Assembly (NCBI GenBank): GCA_964538435.1
Contig: CAZIDX010000002.1
Location: 41,566-105,565, forward strand
DNA length: 64,000 nt
Source: an uncultured Gammaproteobacteria bacterium
GTDB taxonomy: Bacteria > Patescibacteriota > Patescibacteriia > UBA9934 > GWF2-40-263
Reading direction: 5' to 3'
Shown here piece after piece: positions 17,978 through 27,092 of this stretch. The notes beneath the pieces are model-generated. The model worked only from the letters and a program-made list of their open reading frames with translations. It had not been told where the DNA came from and did no database searches. The number at the start of each line of letters is the position of its first letter. Position 1 is the first letter of the stretch. The position numbers and the translations under genes were made by a program.

Positions 17978-18076
17978 CCCAGGCCGCCAAACGGCCATTC
18001 GAGGTCGTAGGTTAAAAACATTTACAACGAGTTTTTAAACTACGACCTCGTGGCCGCCCCAAGCCCCCACAGCAAG
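17978..18076. repeat. 99-bp structured intergenic element, copy 1 (flanks cccaggccgccaaacggcc ... gtggccgccccaagcccccacagcaag around a 19-bp-stem hairpin)
   Basis: Near-identical architecture with compensatory stem changes at 37930-38028; diverged copy 39303-39416; lies 4 nt past ATPase stop codon. Confidence 0.75.
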
Positions 18077-18079
18077 AGC

Positions 18080-20719
18080 TTATTTATGTTTTCGTAAAAT
18101 CAACAACTCTTTACCAAATTCAATAATCACAACCTTGATTAACCCCATAATAAGCAAGAGGCCCCACATATGCAAACCAAGCGGCACAATCTCGAACACT
18201 CTCTGCAACAGCGGAACAGTTGTTGCTGCAATCATCATTACAAACCCAATCGACACACCACCAATGAGCCAAAGGTTCGAAAATGGGTTAACTCTAAAAA
18301 TGCTTTTTCTAAATGTTCTTGTGGAGAACACATAGAAAAGCGTATCAATCCCCACAGCAACAAACATAATTGATCGAACGGCCTCTTCTGAGCGTTCTGT
18401 TGAGAGAAGCCAGAAAAAGAGCCCCAACAAAAACACATTCGCCACCACCGCAATCAACCCAATCATTTTAATCATGTCACGATTAAGCACACGCTCCTCT
18501 CGCTTACGAGGCTTGAGCCCCATAACATCCTGCTCTTTCTTTTCAAGCGCAAGTCCAATATGCGGAAAACTGTCAGCAAAGAAATTGATCCAAAGAATCT
18601 GAACAGGTAAAAGCGGTGCAGGAAGACCGGCCAGCATGGCAAATCCAATCAGGAACACTTCCGTAAAACTCCCAGCAATCAAATACACAGCCACCTTACG
18701 AATATTGTCAAAAATCACACGCCCCTCCTCAATCGCTGCGGAAATCGTTCCCAGATCATTATTCAGAATCACCACATCAGACGCTTGCTTTGCCACATCT
18801 GTTCCTGACCCAACCGCAATACCAATATCCGATGCTTTCAAAGCTGGTGCATCATTCACCCCATCACCTGTCATGGCCACAACCTCACCTCGTGCCTGCC
18901 ACGCTTTCACAATTCGAATCTTATGCCGAGGTTCCACGCGCGCATAAATCGATATCTTTGCCACCTGCTTCTTAAGATCTTCATCAGACCATGAATCAAG
19001 ATCTGTCCCCACTACCACACTTTCTTTGTCTGCATGAAGGCCTGCCTCAGCACCAATGGCACGTGCCGTTTCAGGATGATCACCTGTGATGATCACTGTG
19101 CGCACACCCGCCCGCTTTGCTGCCTTGATCTGCTGCTTTGCCTCTGCACGGAGCGGATCCCGAAGCCCAACAAATCCAAGAAAGGTGAAACCTCTTAGCT
19201 TATCCTTGTGAATAACATCTCCTTTTTCAACATCCTCTAAAACGGCAAGCGCAATAATCCGAAGCCCTTTTTGCGTTGCCTTAAGCACGCGCTTCTCCCA
19301 CTCTGCCTTTTTCTTTGCATCAAGCTTTACTGTTTTCTCTCCTCTTTGCACAAACGAACACATCTCAAACACCTTTCCAGGTGCCCCTTTCACAAACAAC
19401 GCCTGCGCATTCCCCCACTCATGCTTTGTCACCATGTACTTCCACGCAGAATCAAACGGAATCTCAGCAACACGCTTATGCGCCTTCTGCAGCGCATCAA
19501 GATCCATGTGCGTATCAAGCACACTGTGCATAAGCGCAGCCTCAGTTGGGCTCCCCTTCACCTCAACCTCTTCACCCTCAACAACGATTGCGTCATTACA
19601 AAGCCCGCTTATCTCAAACATCTTCCAAACAACACCATCCTCAGATCGATAAGCCTCTTCAATCGTAAATGTCTCATTAGCTGTCTCAACATCAGTAACC
19701 CGCATCTCCCCCTCAGTAATCGTCCCTGTTTTGTCTGAACAAAGAACAGACACGCTTCCAAGCGTCTCAGCTCCAACCAAACGTCGCACAAGCGACCGAC
19801 GCTTGAGAATCCTTTGCATTCCAATTGCCAAAATGATCGTCACAGACACGAGAAGTCCTTCTGGGATCGCTGCAACCGCAAGTGCAACACTCATTTCAAA
19901 CATGTGCACAAATGACTCTCCTCGAAACAAACCAAACGCAAACAAAACAAAGATGATCCCAGCAACTACGCCAGAAATCCACTTTGCAAGCACAGCAAGC
20001 TGCTCCTGAAGCGGCGTCTGTGTCTCATCGGTTTCCTGCACCATGCTAGAAATCTTCCCAAGTTCCGTCTTGAGCCCTGTCTCCACCACAACCGCTAAAC
20101 CACGACCACCTGTCACAACCGTCCCGGCATAAACCATGTTCTTGCGCTCGGCAAGCAAGGCACCCTCATTCAATTCTTCTGTGATCTTCTTGATCGGCAT
20201 GGACTCACCCGTAAGCGCAGCCTCATTCATGACAAGATCATGCGTTTCAAGCATGCGCGCATCAGCTGAAATTCTATTCCCTGTTCGAAGCACAAGAACA
20301 TCTCCAGGAACCAATTCCTTTGCACTCACCACAGTCTCTCGACCCTCTCGAACAACCGTTGCCTCAGGCTGCACAAGCGATCGTAAATGCTCAAGCGCCT
20401 GATTGGCTTTAAATTCCTGAATGAATCCAATAGCTGTGTTTACCACAACAGCTGCCCCAATCACCCAAGCATCCACCCACTCACCAAGCAAAGCACTGAT
20501 CACAGCCGCAGCAACAAGCACGTAGATAAGCGGAGAGGTAAACTGGTGAAGCAAAACAAGCCACCAAGGATCACTCTTTTTATGCGGAAGCTCATTCCTC
20601 CCATGTATCCCAATCCTTCTTTCCACAGTCGAGCCAGAAAGGCCCTCCATATCAACAGAGAGCGTCTTTAAAGCGTCTTCAGTTGTCTTTGCATGCCAAG
20701 TAGCCATGTAAAATCTCAT
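18080..20719 (-). CDS. P-type cation-transporting ATPase (type II, Ca/Mg-like)
   Basis: DKTGTITEGEM phosphorylation motif, TGDGVNDAPALK, GDHPETA, 10 predicted TMs. Confidence 0.9.
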   Translation of the reverse strand: MRFYMATWHAKTTEDALKTLSVDMEGLSGSTVERRIGIHGRNELPHKKSDPWWLVLLHQFTSPLIYVLVAAAVISALLGEWVDAWVIGAAVVVNTAIGFIQEFKANQALEHLRSLVQPEATVVREGRETVVSAKELVPGDVLVLRTGNRISADARMLETHDLVMNEAALTGESMPIKKITEELNEGALLAERKNMVYAGTVVTGGRGLAVVVETGLKTELGKISSMVQETDETQTPLQEQLAVLAKWISGVVAGIIFVLFAFGLFRGESFVHMFEMSVALAVAAIPEGLLVSVTIILAIGMQRILKRRSLVRRLVGAETLGSVSVLCSDKTGTITEGEMRVTDVETANETFTIEEAYRSEDGVVWKMFEISGLCNDAIVVEGEEVEVKGSPTEAALMHSVLDTHMDLDALQKAHKRVAEIPFDSAWKYMVTKHEWGNAQALFVKGAPGKVFEMCSFVQRGEKTVKLDAKKKAEWEKRVLKATQKGLRIIALAVLEDVEKGDVIHKDKLRGFTFLGFVGLRDPLRAEAKQQIKAAKRAGVRTVIITGDHPETARAIGAEAGLHADKESVVVGTDLDSWSDEDLKKQVAKISIYARVEPRHKIRIVKAWQARGEVVAMTGDGVNDAPALKASDIGIAVGSGTDVAKQASDVVILNNDLGTISAAIEEGRVIFDNIRKVAVYLIAGSFTEVFLIGFAMLAGLPAPLLPVQILWINFFADSFPHIGLALEKKEQDVMGLKPRKREERVLNRDMIKMIGLIAVVANVFLLGLFFWLLSTERSEEAVRSIMFVAVGIDTLFYVFSTRTFRKSIFRVNPFSNLWLIGGVSIGFVMMIAATTVPLLQRVFEIVPLGLHMWGLLLIMGLIKVVIIEFGKELLILRKHK

Positions 20720-20726
20720 TTAGGAT

Positions 20727-20792
20727 GATTCTTGAGTGCTTGCTCTCTCAAAACCATCCGGTTGGTTTTGAAGAGCAAGTGCTCGAATCATC
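20727..20792. terminator. long imperfect hairpin (about 28-bp arms) between GT4 stop and ATPase start; apex ctctctcaaaacc...ggttttgaagag
   Basis: Read directly; apex shared with hairpin at 39345-39385. Confidence 0.4.
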
Positions 20793-20805
20793 CGTTAAAT
20801 ACGTA

Positions 20806-21930
20806 TTAGTGACGAAGAGATCGGTAAACTTCTTCAGTTTTCGACACAACACTATCCCACGAAAACAGCGTCTGAATAATGTCTTGTCCCTGGCGACCAA
20901 CACTCCACAGCACCTCCTCATCAACCAAAAGCTCTTCAAGCTGCATCATAAGGTCTGCTGCATCTTTATTTCGAAAAGTAAATCCCGCCTTGTGGATAGC
21001 TTCAACATTTTCTGGAATATCAGACACAAGCACAGGCGTTCCCGCCCCCATTGCCTCCAAAACCACCACAGGAAGCCCCTCAGCCTCGGATGCATGCACA
21101 AATACTTTGGCATGCGCAAAGAGTTGCTTGAGCGCGTCTCCTGTCTGAAACCCAAGAAAAAGAATGTTATCGCTCCCGCGCGCCACTCGTCTGAGCTCTT
21201 GTTCATAGGAATCTCCATACGTCGATGCTCCAACAATAGCCACTTTCAAATCTTTCACCAAATCGGGCTTTGACTGCTCAAGCCGTCTATACGCCTCAAT
21301 GATGTACCACTGCCCCTTATGTGGCTCAAGCCGACTCACACTAAGGAGAAACTTCCCAGGCTCAAGACCAAGCACTTCAAGCTCGCCTGTTTCTTTCACA
21401 AGCTCTGGATTGGCACCGTTTGGAATATACATGACCTGCCGCTTGATCTTTTTACGCGCAAACACCTGAATCGAATGACTCACTGCAATCGTTGCATGCG
21501 GAAACCAACACGACGCCCACTCTCCAAAAAGCAGATAAGCTTTTGCAAACCTTCCCCACTTCCCATGAAATCGATCCTGTGAATGAAACGTAACAACAGT
21601 CCTAGTCTTCCTTTTAAGTAGACGCGGAATCCAAGCAAGCGTGGCTGGACCCACACCATGATAATGAATAATGTCGTAAGGATGAATGAGCGCGTCGATC
21701 GTAGCCAAAGTTGTGTGAACAATTGCCTCAAGATTCTTTCGATAAATCGTTGGCAGATACTTCACAAACACATCCCCATCCTCAACACGGCCATAGCGTG
21801 AACGCGCATAGACCGTAACAGCATGACCATTTTTTGAAAGGCGCCGGGCAAGCTGCGTAACATGTTGTTCAATCCCTCCTCCTCGCTCTCCAACATCAAA
21901 ACCCTTCTGCCCGATCATTGCGATACGCAT
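20806..21930 (-). CDS. GT4-family glycosyltransferase
   Basis: C-terminal EGLPVVVLEAMGAGTPVLVSD (E-x7-E type GT-B motif). Confidence 0.8.
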   Translation of the reverse strand: MRIAMIGQKGFDVGERGGGIEQHVTQLARRLSKNGHAVTVYARSRYGRVEDGDVFVKYLPTIYRKNLEAIVHTTLATIDALIHPYDIIHYHGVGPATLAWIPRLLKRKTRTVVTFHSQDRFHGKWGRFAKAYLLFGEWASCWFPHATIAVSHSIQVFARKKIKRQVMYIPNGANPELVKETGELEVLGLEPGKFLLSVSRLEPHKGQWYIIEAYRRLEQSKPDLVKDLKVAIVGASTYGDSYEQELRRVARGSDNILFLGFQTGDALKQLFAHAKVFVHASEAEGLPVVVLEAMGAGTPVLVSDIPENVEAIHKAGFTFRNKDAADLMMQLEELLVDEEVLWSVGRQGQDIIQTLFSWDSVVSKTEEVYRSLRH

Positions 21931-21993
21931 ATGCTTTATTTTACTTTGTTTCGAAAAAACGGTCTATTTAGCACAAAGATAAACGCACCAGGC

Positions 21994-22022
21994 TTGCCAA
22001 ACCCCAAAATACCTGTTATATT
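21994..22022 (+). promoter_or_regulatory. sigma70-like promoter TTGCCA-N17-TATATT for tRNA-Lys
   Basis: Hexamers and spacing read directly; tRNA starts about 16 nt downstream. Confidence 0.45.
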
Positions 22023-22037
22023 CTTGGCGCTGAGCAT

Positions 22038-22114
22038 GCGCCGGTAGCTCAGTCAGGTAGAGCAAGGGCCTTTTAAGCCCGGGGTCGTGGGTTCGAATCC
22101 CACTCGGCGTACCA
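22038..22114 (+). tRNA. tRNA-Lys (anticodon TTT), CCA encoded
   Basis: D-arm TAGCTCAGTCAGGTAGAGC, anticodon loop CTTTTAA, T-arm GTGGGTTCGAATCCCAC, acceptor with two G-U pairs. Confidence 0.8.
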
Positions 22115-22118
22115 TAAA

Positions 22119-22152
22119 ACAACCAGCTTTTGTTGGTTGTTTTTTGTTTGCC
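22119..22152 (+). terminator. intrinsic terminator after tRNA-Lys (aacaacca-gcttttgt-tggttgtt + T-run)
   Basis: Read directly. Confidence 0.55.
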
Positions 22153-22185
22153 GAGTAGCAATAACTTGACGACGGGTCAAAGTTC

Positions 22186-22221
22186 AACTTCCGATGTTTA
22201 ACTTCCGATGTTTAACTTTGC
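22186..22221 (+). repeat. tandem direct repeat (aacttccgatgttt) x 2.3
   Basis: Read directly; sits between a small palindrome ttgacgacgggtcaa and the 22248 ORF. Confidence 0.7.
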
Positions 22222-22247
22222 TAACTGATGAGATACCATAAAAACAT

Positions 22248-22469
22248 ATGAACACAACATCGATTACTCTCACAAAAAATGAAGCGCTTGTGCTCTTTGA
22301 ATTTTTAACAAGATTTTCAGAAACAGAAAGGTTAGAAATTAATAACCAGGCTGAAGAAAGAGTTCTCTGGGACCTGCAATGCACCCTTGAAAAAGAACTT
22401 CAAAATGAAACTGGATACGGATATGAAAAACACCTCGAGCAAGCAAGAAACCAAATCCGTGACAAGTAA
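22248..22469 (+). CDS. hypothetical small protein (73 aa)
   Basis: ORF only; weak. Confidence 0.3.
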   Translation: MNTTSITLTKNEALVLFEFLTRFSETERLEINNQAEERVLWDLQCTLEKELQNETGYGYEKHLEQARNQIRDK

Positions 22470-22482
22470 AAATGATTTGCAA

Positions 22483-22511
22483 AATTGACAATTTCCCTAA
22501 AATCTGCTATA
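22483..22511 (+). promoter_or_regulatory. consensus-like promoter TTGACA-N17-TATACT
   Basis: Read directly, 35 nt upstream of 22546 ORF. Confidence 0.5.
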
Positions 22512-22545
22512 CTTGTGCGCGTAATTCATAACTCCCAATACCACT

Positions 22546-22827
22546 ATGGAAGGAGTATGTGTTGCCTGCGGCGCAGGTGAAGTCGAACTAAACGACGAGA
22601 CCAAGTGCCCAGGATGTGTAGCACCTGCTGCACCAACTGAAGCCCCAGTTGAGGCTCCAGTCGAGGAAGCTCCAGCAGCCCCAGAGGTTGTTGAAGCTCC
22701 AGTTGAAGCTACTGAGGCTCCTGCAGAGGAACCTGTAGTTGAGGAAGCTCCTGTAGAAGCTCCAGCAGAGCCAGTTGAGGCTCCAGCCGAAGCACCTGCA
22801 GAAGAAGAGGTTCCACCTGCTGTTTAA
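22546..22827 (+). CDS. small zinc-ribbon protein (CxxC...CxxC) with Ala/Pro/Glu/Val-rich repetitive tail
   Basis: MEGVCVACG...CPGC then (APxEAPVE)-like repeats; SD GGAAGGAG overlaps start. Confidence 0.45.
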   Translation: MEGVCVACGAGEVELNDETKCPGCVAPAAPTEAPVEAPVEEAPAAPEVVEAPVEATEAPAEEPVVEEAPVEAPAEPVEAPAEAPAEEEVPPAV

Positions 22828-22873
22828 TTACAGAAAGCAAAACACCCAGCGCAAGCTAGGTGTTTTTCTTTTT

Positions 22874-23917
22874 CTAAAGTTGTTTAAGATCTTTGATGAG
22901 CTCATCTGTTGCCTCAGTATCAAGCAGCTTCCCAATCGCCTCTGACATCCGCCGGCGTTCCACCTCATCTTCAAGCGTGAGCCTGATCGTTTCCATAAGC
23001 GCCCACGGCGTCATGTCCTGCCCCACAACAATCGCCCCTTCTTTGATCGCACATGCATTCTTTTCTTGTGGTGAATCAGGAAGTGGAATCACAATCGATG
23101 GCATCCCAAGCGCGGCAAGCTCGGTGATTGTTGCAAGACCAGCCCTACAAACCACAAGATCCGCAACCGCATACGCATCCGCCATCTCATCAGAAAGCAA
23201 CTCAACTGCATTATAATTCCCGCCAATCTCCTCAAGCTCACCAAGCATCTTCCCCTTCCCTGTCACATGAATAACATTTGCGAACCGCTCAATCTCTTTC
23301 CCCATCTGGGCCATCGTCTTATTCATCCATATTGCCCCTGAACCACCCCCAAACACAAACACGGTCATCTTGCGCTCATCCAGCTTAAAAAACTCTTCAG
23401 CGCGCTCCCTGGACCCCTCAAGCACATGCGCACGCACAGGGTTCCCAACAAGCCTCGCCTTTTTCAATGCTTTAAGATTTTCCTTCCACGCAACGGTTAC
23501 AAGATTTGCAAATGGCGCAGTGAGTTTATTTGTCAAAATAATTTCCACATCTTGCTGATGCACCCAAACAGGAATCCTCAGAAGCTTTGCAGCAAAAATC
23601 ACAGGCACAGCCGTATACCCACCAGCCGATCCAACCAAGGCTGGCTTTTCTTTCATAAGCACCCTAAGAGCCTTGGCAAACGCCCACAAAATCTTAACTG
23701 GAAGCGTCACCCACTCAAGACTGACATACCGAGGAAGCTTGGCCACTGGCAACACATAAAACCGCGCACCAATCTGTTCCACCAACTCCCGCTCAGGCCC
23801 ATGAGGTGTTCCAACCCAAACAACATCAAGTTCTTCTCGTTTCTTCCAAGCGTCTATAACTGCCAAGAGTGGTGTAACAGGACCAAGCGTCCCCCCACCT
23901 GCAAATAAAACTTTCAT
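22874..23917 (-). CDS. murG: undecaprenyldiphospho-muramoylpentapeptide beta-N-acetylglucosaminyltransferase
   Basis: N-terminal MKVLFAGGGTLGPVTPLLAV, GT-B fold, position after ftsW. Confidence 0.85.
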   Translation of the reverse strand: MKVLFAGGGTLGPVTPLLAVIDAWKKREELDVVWVGTPHGPERELVEQIGARFYVLPVAKLPRYVSLEWVTLPVKILWAFAKALRVLMKEKPALVGSAGGYTAVPVIFAAKLLRIPVWVHQQDVEIILTNKLTAPFANLVTVAWKENLKALKKARLVGNPVRAHVLEGSRERAEEFFKLDERKMTVFVFGGGSGAIWMNKTMAQMGKEIERFANVIHVTGKGKMLGELEEIGGNYNAVELLSDEMADAYAVADLVVCRAGLATITELAALGMPSIVIPLPDSPQEKNACAIKEGAIVVGQDMTPWALMETIRLTLEDEVERRRMSEAIGKLLDTEATDELIKDLKQL

Positions 23918-23918
23918 A

Positions 23919-25025
23919 TTATTTTGTATGCTTCGATATATTAAGCATCACCCCTATCGCTCCCATGGTAATCGCAAGCGATGTTCCTCCATAACTAATG
24001 AATGGAAGCGGCACACCAGTAATCGGCATAAGCGCCACCATTGAGCCAATGTTTACAAACGCTTGCACTGCAATCCAAGCTCCAATTCCCACAACAACAT
24101 ATTTTGCAAAATTATCCGGTGCACGCTTTGCAATCTCAATCGCGCGCCACACAAACAAGAGAAAGAGAACAAGCACAAGCACCCCAACAACAAATCCCAT
24201 CTCCTCAGCGATAATCGCATATACACTATCACCCGCCACCTCAGGAAGATATTGAAACTTCTGCCTTGAGTGACCATACCCAAGACCGAAAAAACCACCA
24301 GAACCAATTGCAAGAAGCGCCTGGTTAATATGATATCCAATCCCAAGAGGATCAAGCTCAGGATGAAGGAATGTTGTAAAACGAGCGGCTCGATAAGGCT
24401 CAAGTGCAATCAAAAGCGCGAGTCCAGAAAACCCAGCGCTCACAAGACCAATGATATAGGAAACTGGAGCGCCCGCAGCAAAATACACAATGAGTGACAT
24501 GGCCGCAATAATACTCATGGTTCCAATATCCGGCTGCAAAATCATCAAAAACATGATCGTGCCAAGCACAAGAACAAACGGCAAAAATCCTTCTCCCACA
24601 TTCTTCACACTGTGACGATCACGCTGAGCAAGCCAGGCAGCCAAGTAAAACAAAAAAGTCAGCTTCACAATCTCAGATGGCTGAAGTGAAAACACACCAC
24701 CAATATTGATCCATGAATGCGCTGTTCCAATACCCGCAGAAAGACCTGGAATAAAAACAAGCACGAGCAGCACCCCTGAAAGAATAAGAAGATGCCATGC
24801 ATGCTTTTGCCAAAACGTATACGGAATTCGAGAAAATGCTATGAGCGCACCAAGACCAGGAATCAAGCCGAAAATGAGTTGGTGCTTTACAAAGTAGTAG
24901 CTGTCAGAGAAGTTCGCGTATCCACTCGGAGCTGACGCACTTAGCAGCATGATCAAGCCAAAAACAATGATCGTACCTATAATGATCATCAGCCAGATAT
25001 CCATTGATCCTGATGTACGTCGCAT
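23919..25025 (-). CDS. ftsW: SEDS-family peptidoglycan glycosyltransferase FtsW/RodA
   Basis: 10-TM protein with conserved SEDS blocks, between mraY and murG. Confidence 0.85.
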   Translation of the reverse strand: MRRTSGSMDIWLMIIIGTIIVFGLIMLLSASAPSGYANFSDSYYFVKHQLIFGLIPGLGALIAFSRIPYTFWQKHAWHLLILSGVLLVLVFIPGLSAGIGTAHSWINIGGVFSLQPSEIVKLTFLFYLAAWLAQRDRHSVKNVGEGFLPFVLVLGTIMFLMILQPDIGTMSIIAAMSLIVYFAAGAPVSYIIGLVSAGFSGLALLIALEPYRAARFTTFLHPELDPLGIGYHINQALLAIGSGGFFGLGYGHSRQKFQYLPEVAGDSVYAIIAEEMGFVVGVLVLVLFLLFVWRAIEIAKRAPDNFAKYVVVGIGAWIAVQAFVNIGSMVALMPITGVPLPFISYGGTSLAITMGAIGVMLNISKHTK

Positions 25026-25036
25026 GAATGAAAAAA

Positions 25037-26095
25037 TTACACGACCAACGCATCAAGAAGCGCGACCGCAACCCCAACAGACGCCGCAACCGTAGACACT
25101 ACCCAAAGCCGCATCACAATCGTGCACTCAGGCCAGCCAATGGCTTCAAGGTGATGATGAAACGGTGCTGAGCGCAAGAATTTTCGTTTAAACACTTTTC
25201 TCCAACCAACTTGGACAATCACAGAAAGAGATTCTAGAACAAAGATAAGTCCAATGATCGGAAGCAAAAGCGCTGAGTTTGTGAGCATGGCTACAATCCC
25301 GAGCGTGACCCCCAATGACATCGCCCCTGTATCACCCATAAACACCTGTGCTGGATGAATATTGAACCACTGGAACGCAAGAAGGGCTCCAAGAATCACT
25401 CCACAAAACACAGCAAGGTCAAACCTTCCCTGTGCAAACGCAATAATTGAAAACGCCCCAAACGCTGCTAACAAAGGCCCACCTGCCAATCCATCCAAAC
25501 CATCCGCTTCATTAACAGAAAACGCTGTTGAGACAATCACAAGAATAAAGAATGGAACATACCAGAATCCAATATTGAAATCTCCAATAAAAGGAACATG
25601 CAGCAGATCCCAATCAAGCTTCACGCGGAACCACCATGCGCCAATCACAGCAATGGCCGTATAAATCATGAGCCTATGCCGCATCCGAAGCCCACCTCCC
25701 TTTGGACCAATACCCTTTGCATTGTAGTAATCATCAACAAGCCCCACGAGTGCTGAAGCAACAAGAGCTCCAAGCGGAAGCAGAGTTTCCCCTCGAGACA
25801 AAAAGTTGAGACGCGCCAAGAGCGACCCTTCTGGAAACAACGGCGCAAGGTAATAAAACAAAATCGCAAGCGCAAACACTGTCACCCACACCAAGATACC
25901 TCCCATGGTAGGCGTCCCTTTCTTCTTTGAATGAAGCTTTGCAAAGATCGGCGCAGAAGACTCAGGACGAATCGACTTGCCCATCCCCCACCTCTTAAGC
26001 CCACGAATAAGACCAGGAGCCCAAACAAACGCAACAACAAACGCAAACGCAGACAGTAAAAGTACGCGAACGATTTCAAATGATTCAAGGGTCAT
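25037..26095 (-). CDS. mraY: phospho-N-acetylmuramoyl-pentapeptide transferase
   Basis: Polytopic, PNPT family motifs (DD...NxxNxxDGxDGL-like blocks), conserved position. Confidence 0.9.
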   Translation of the reverse strand: MTLESFEIVRVLLLSAFAFVVAFVWAPGLIRGLKRWGMGKSIRPESSAPIFAKLHSKKKGTPTMGGILVWVTVFALAILFYYLAPLFPEGSLLARLNFLSRGETLLPLGALVASALVGLVDDYYNAKGIGPKGGGLRMRHRLMIYTAIAVIGAWWFRVKLDWDLLHVPFIGDFNIGFWYVPFFILVIVSTAFSVNEADGLDGLAGGPLLAAFGAFSIIAFAQGRFDLAVFCGVILGALLAFQWFNIHPAQVFMGDTGAMSLGVTLGIVAMLTNSALLLPIIGLIFVLESLSVIVQVGWRKVFKRKFLRSAPFHHHLEAIGWPECTIVMRLWVVSTVAASVGVAVALLDALVV

Positions 26096-26502
26096 AGAAT
26101 AATCAAAATGATAAGTGCCATGGCAAGAAGAAAGATAAGCTGAATCACCGGAGTCACAATGGCAAAGAACCGTGTGAGAAGTTTCTCACGTTTATAAAAG
26201 TACGTTTGCATTCCAAGATTGACGAGAAGGAATACAAACCCAAGGATCGGTAAAAAGAAAAGGTCTCGCATTGGACCAAACCGATCAACACCAAGATAGA
26301 TATTGTAATGGAGAGGAATAAACGGTTGATCAGCCGCAAGTGGCACTACACGCCAGATTGGCAGCGTAATCGTCAGTGCAAGAAGAACAATCGAGAGAAT
26401 CATCATCCACAAATACAAACGGCTTGATTTCATCATCTCAAGAAACCGTTTTAAAAAATCTTTTATGTTTCGCTTATGTCTCCCCATACTACTCAACAGC
26501 AA
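26092..26502 (-). CDS. hypothetical membrane protein (136 aa)
   Basis: 3-4 TM helices; ATGA overlap with mraY. Confidence 0.4.
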   Translation of the reverse strand: MLLSSMGRHKRNIKDFLKRFLEMMKSSRLYLWMMILSIVLLALTITLPIWRVVPLAADQPFIPLHYNIYLGVDRFGPMRDLFFLPILGFVFLLVNLGMQTYFYKREKLLTRFFAIVTPVIQLIFLLAMALIILIIL

Positions 26503-26764
26503 TCACTTCTTTAATTTCCGAAATAGATTCACAAAGCGCAGACTCAACCCCCATCTTAAGCGTGATCTCAGACATGGGACACCCAACACAAGCACCTTGA
26601 AACCTCACATGCACCCGCCCTGCATCTGCCTCGTACTTCACAAACTCAATACCACCACCGTCCATATGAAGCGCTGGTCGAACCTGATCGAGCACCTCCT
26701 CAATCTGCTCTTCAATCGTTTTATCCATACTGCTATTCATTTTATCACTTATCGTGTTAAACAA
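26489..26764 (-). CDS. NifU-like (Nfu) Fe-S cluster assembly domain protein
   Basis: GGGIEFVKYEADAGRVHVRFQGACVGCPMSEITLKMGVESAL matches Nfu C-terminal domain CxxC. Confidence 0.7.
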   Translation of the reverse strand: MFNTISDKMNSSMDKTIEEQIEEVLDQVRPALHMDGGGIEFVKYEADAGRVHVRFQGACVGCPMSEITLKMGVESALCESISEIKEVIAVE

Positions 26765-26797
26765 ACAAAAATCACCGCCTCCGCGATGATTCTTTGT

Positions 26798-27079
26798 TTA
26801 CTGTTTTGGTTCAATGTTCGCGTACTTCCGATTTTTCAGAGCGCCATGAAAGTTCTTTGCCTTTTTCTGAGTAAACTTCACAATACCGCTCACAACCGCA
26901 TAAAGCGTATCATCAGCACCACGTCGGACATTTTTTCCAGGATGGATCTTTGTACCACGCTGCCGAACAAGAATCTGTCCAGCATTGATTGTCTGGCCAT
27001 CACCCACTTTAGCGCCAAGACGCTTACTTTGTGAATCACGACCCAAACTAGTACTTCCACCAGCTTTTTTATGTGCCAT
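26798..27079 (-). CDS. rpmA: 50S ribosomal protein L27
   Basis: [29 protein letters not shown]...[13 protein letters not shown] canonical bL27. Confidence 0.9.
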   Translation of the reverse strand: MAHKKAGGSTSLGRDSQSKRLGAKVGDGQTINAGQILVRQRGTKIHPGKNVRRGADDTLYAVVSGIVKFTQKKAKNFHGALKNRKYANIEPKQ

Positions 27080-27092
27080 ATTATAATCTTCA

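Noticed and set aside
20725-21273. 182-aa plus-strand ORF over the GT4 gene 3-prime end and the hairpin region
   Set aside because: It starts inside the intergenic hairpin and runs antisense to a conserved GT-B C-terminal domain.
22186-22221. CRISPR array
   Set aside because: This is the only tandem repeat in the window. It has 2.3 copies of 14 bp with no spacers. No cas genes are present anywhere in the window.
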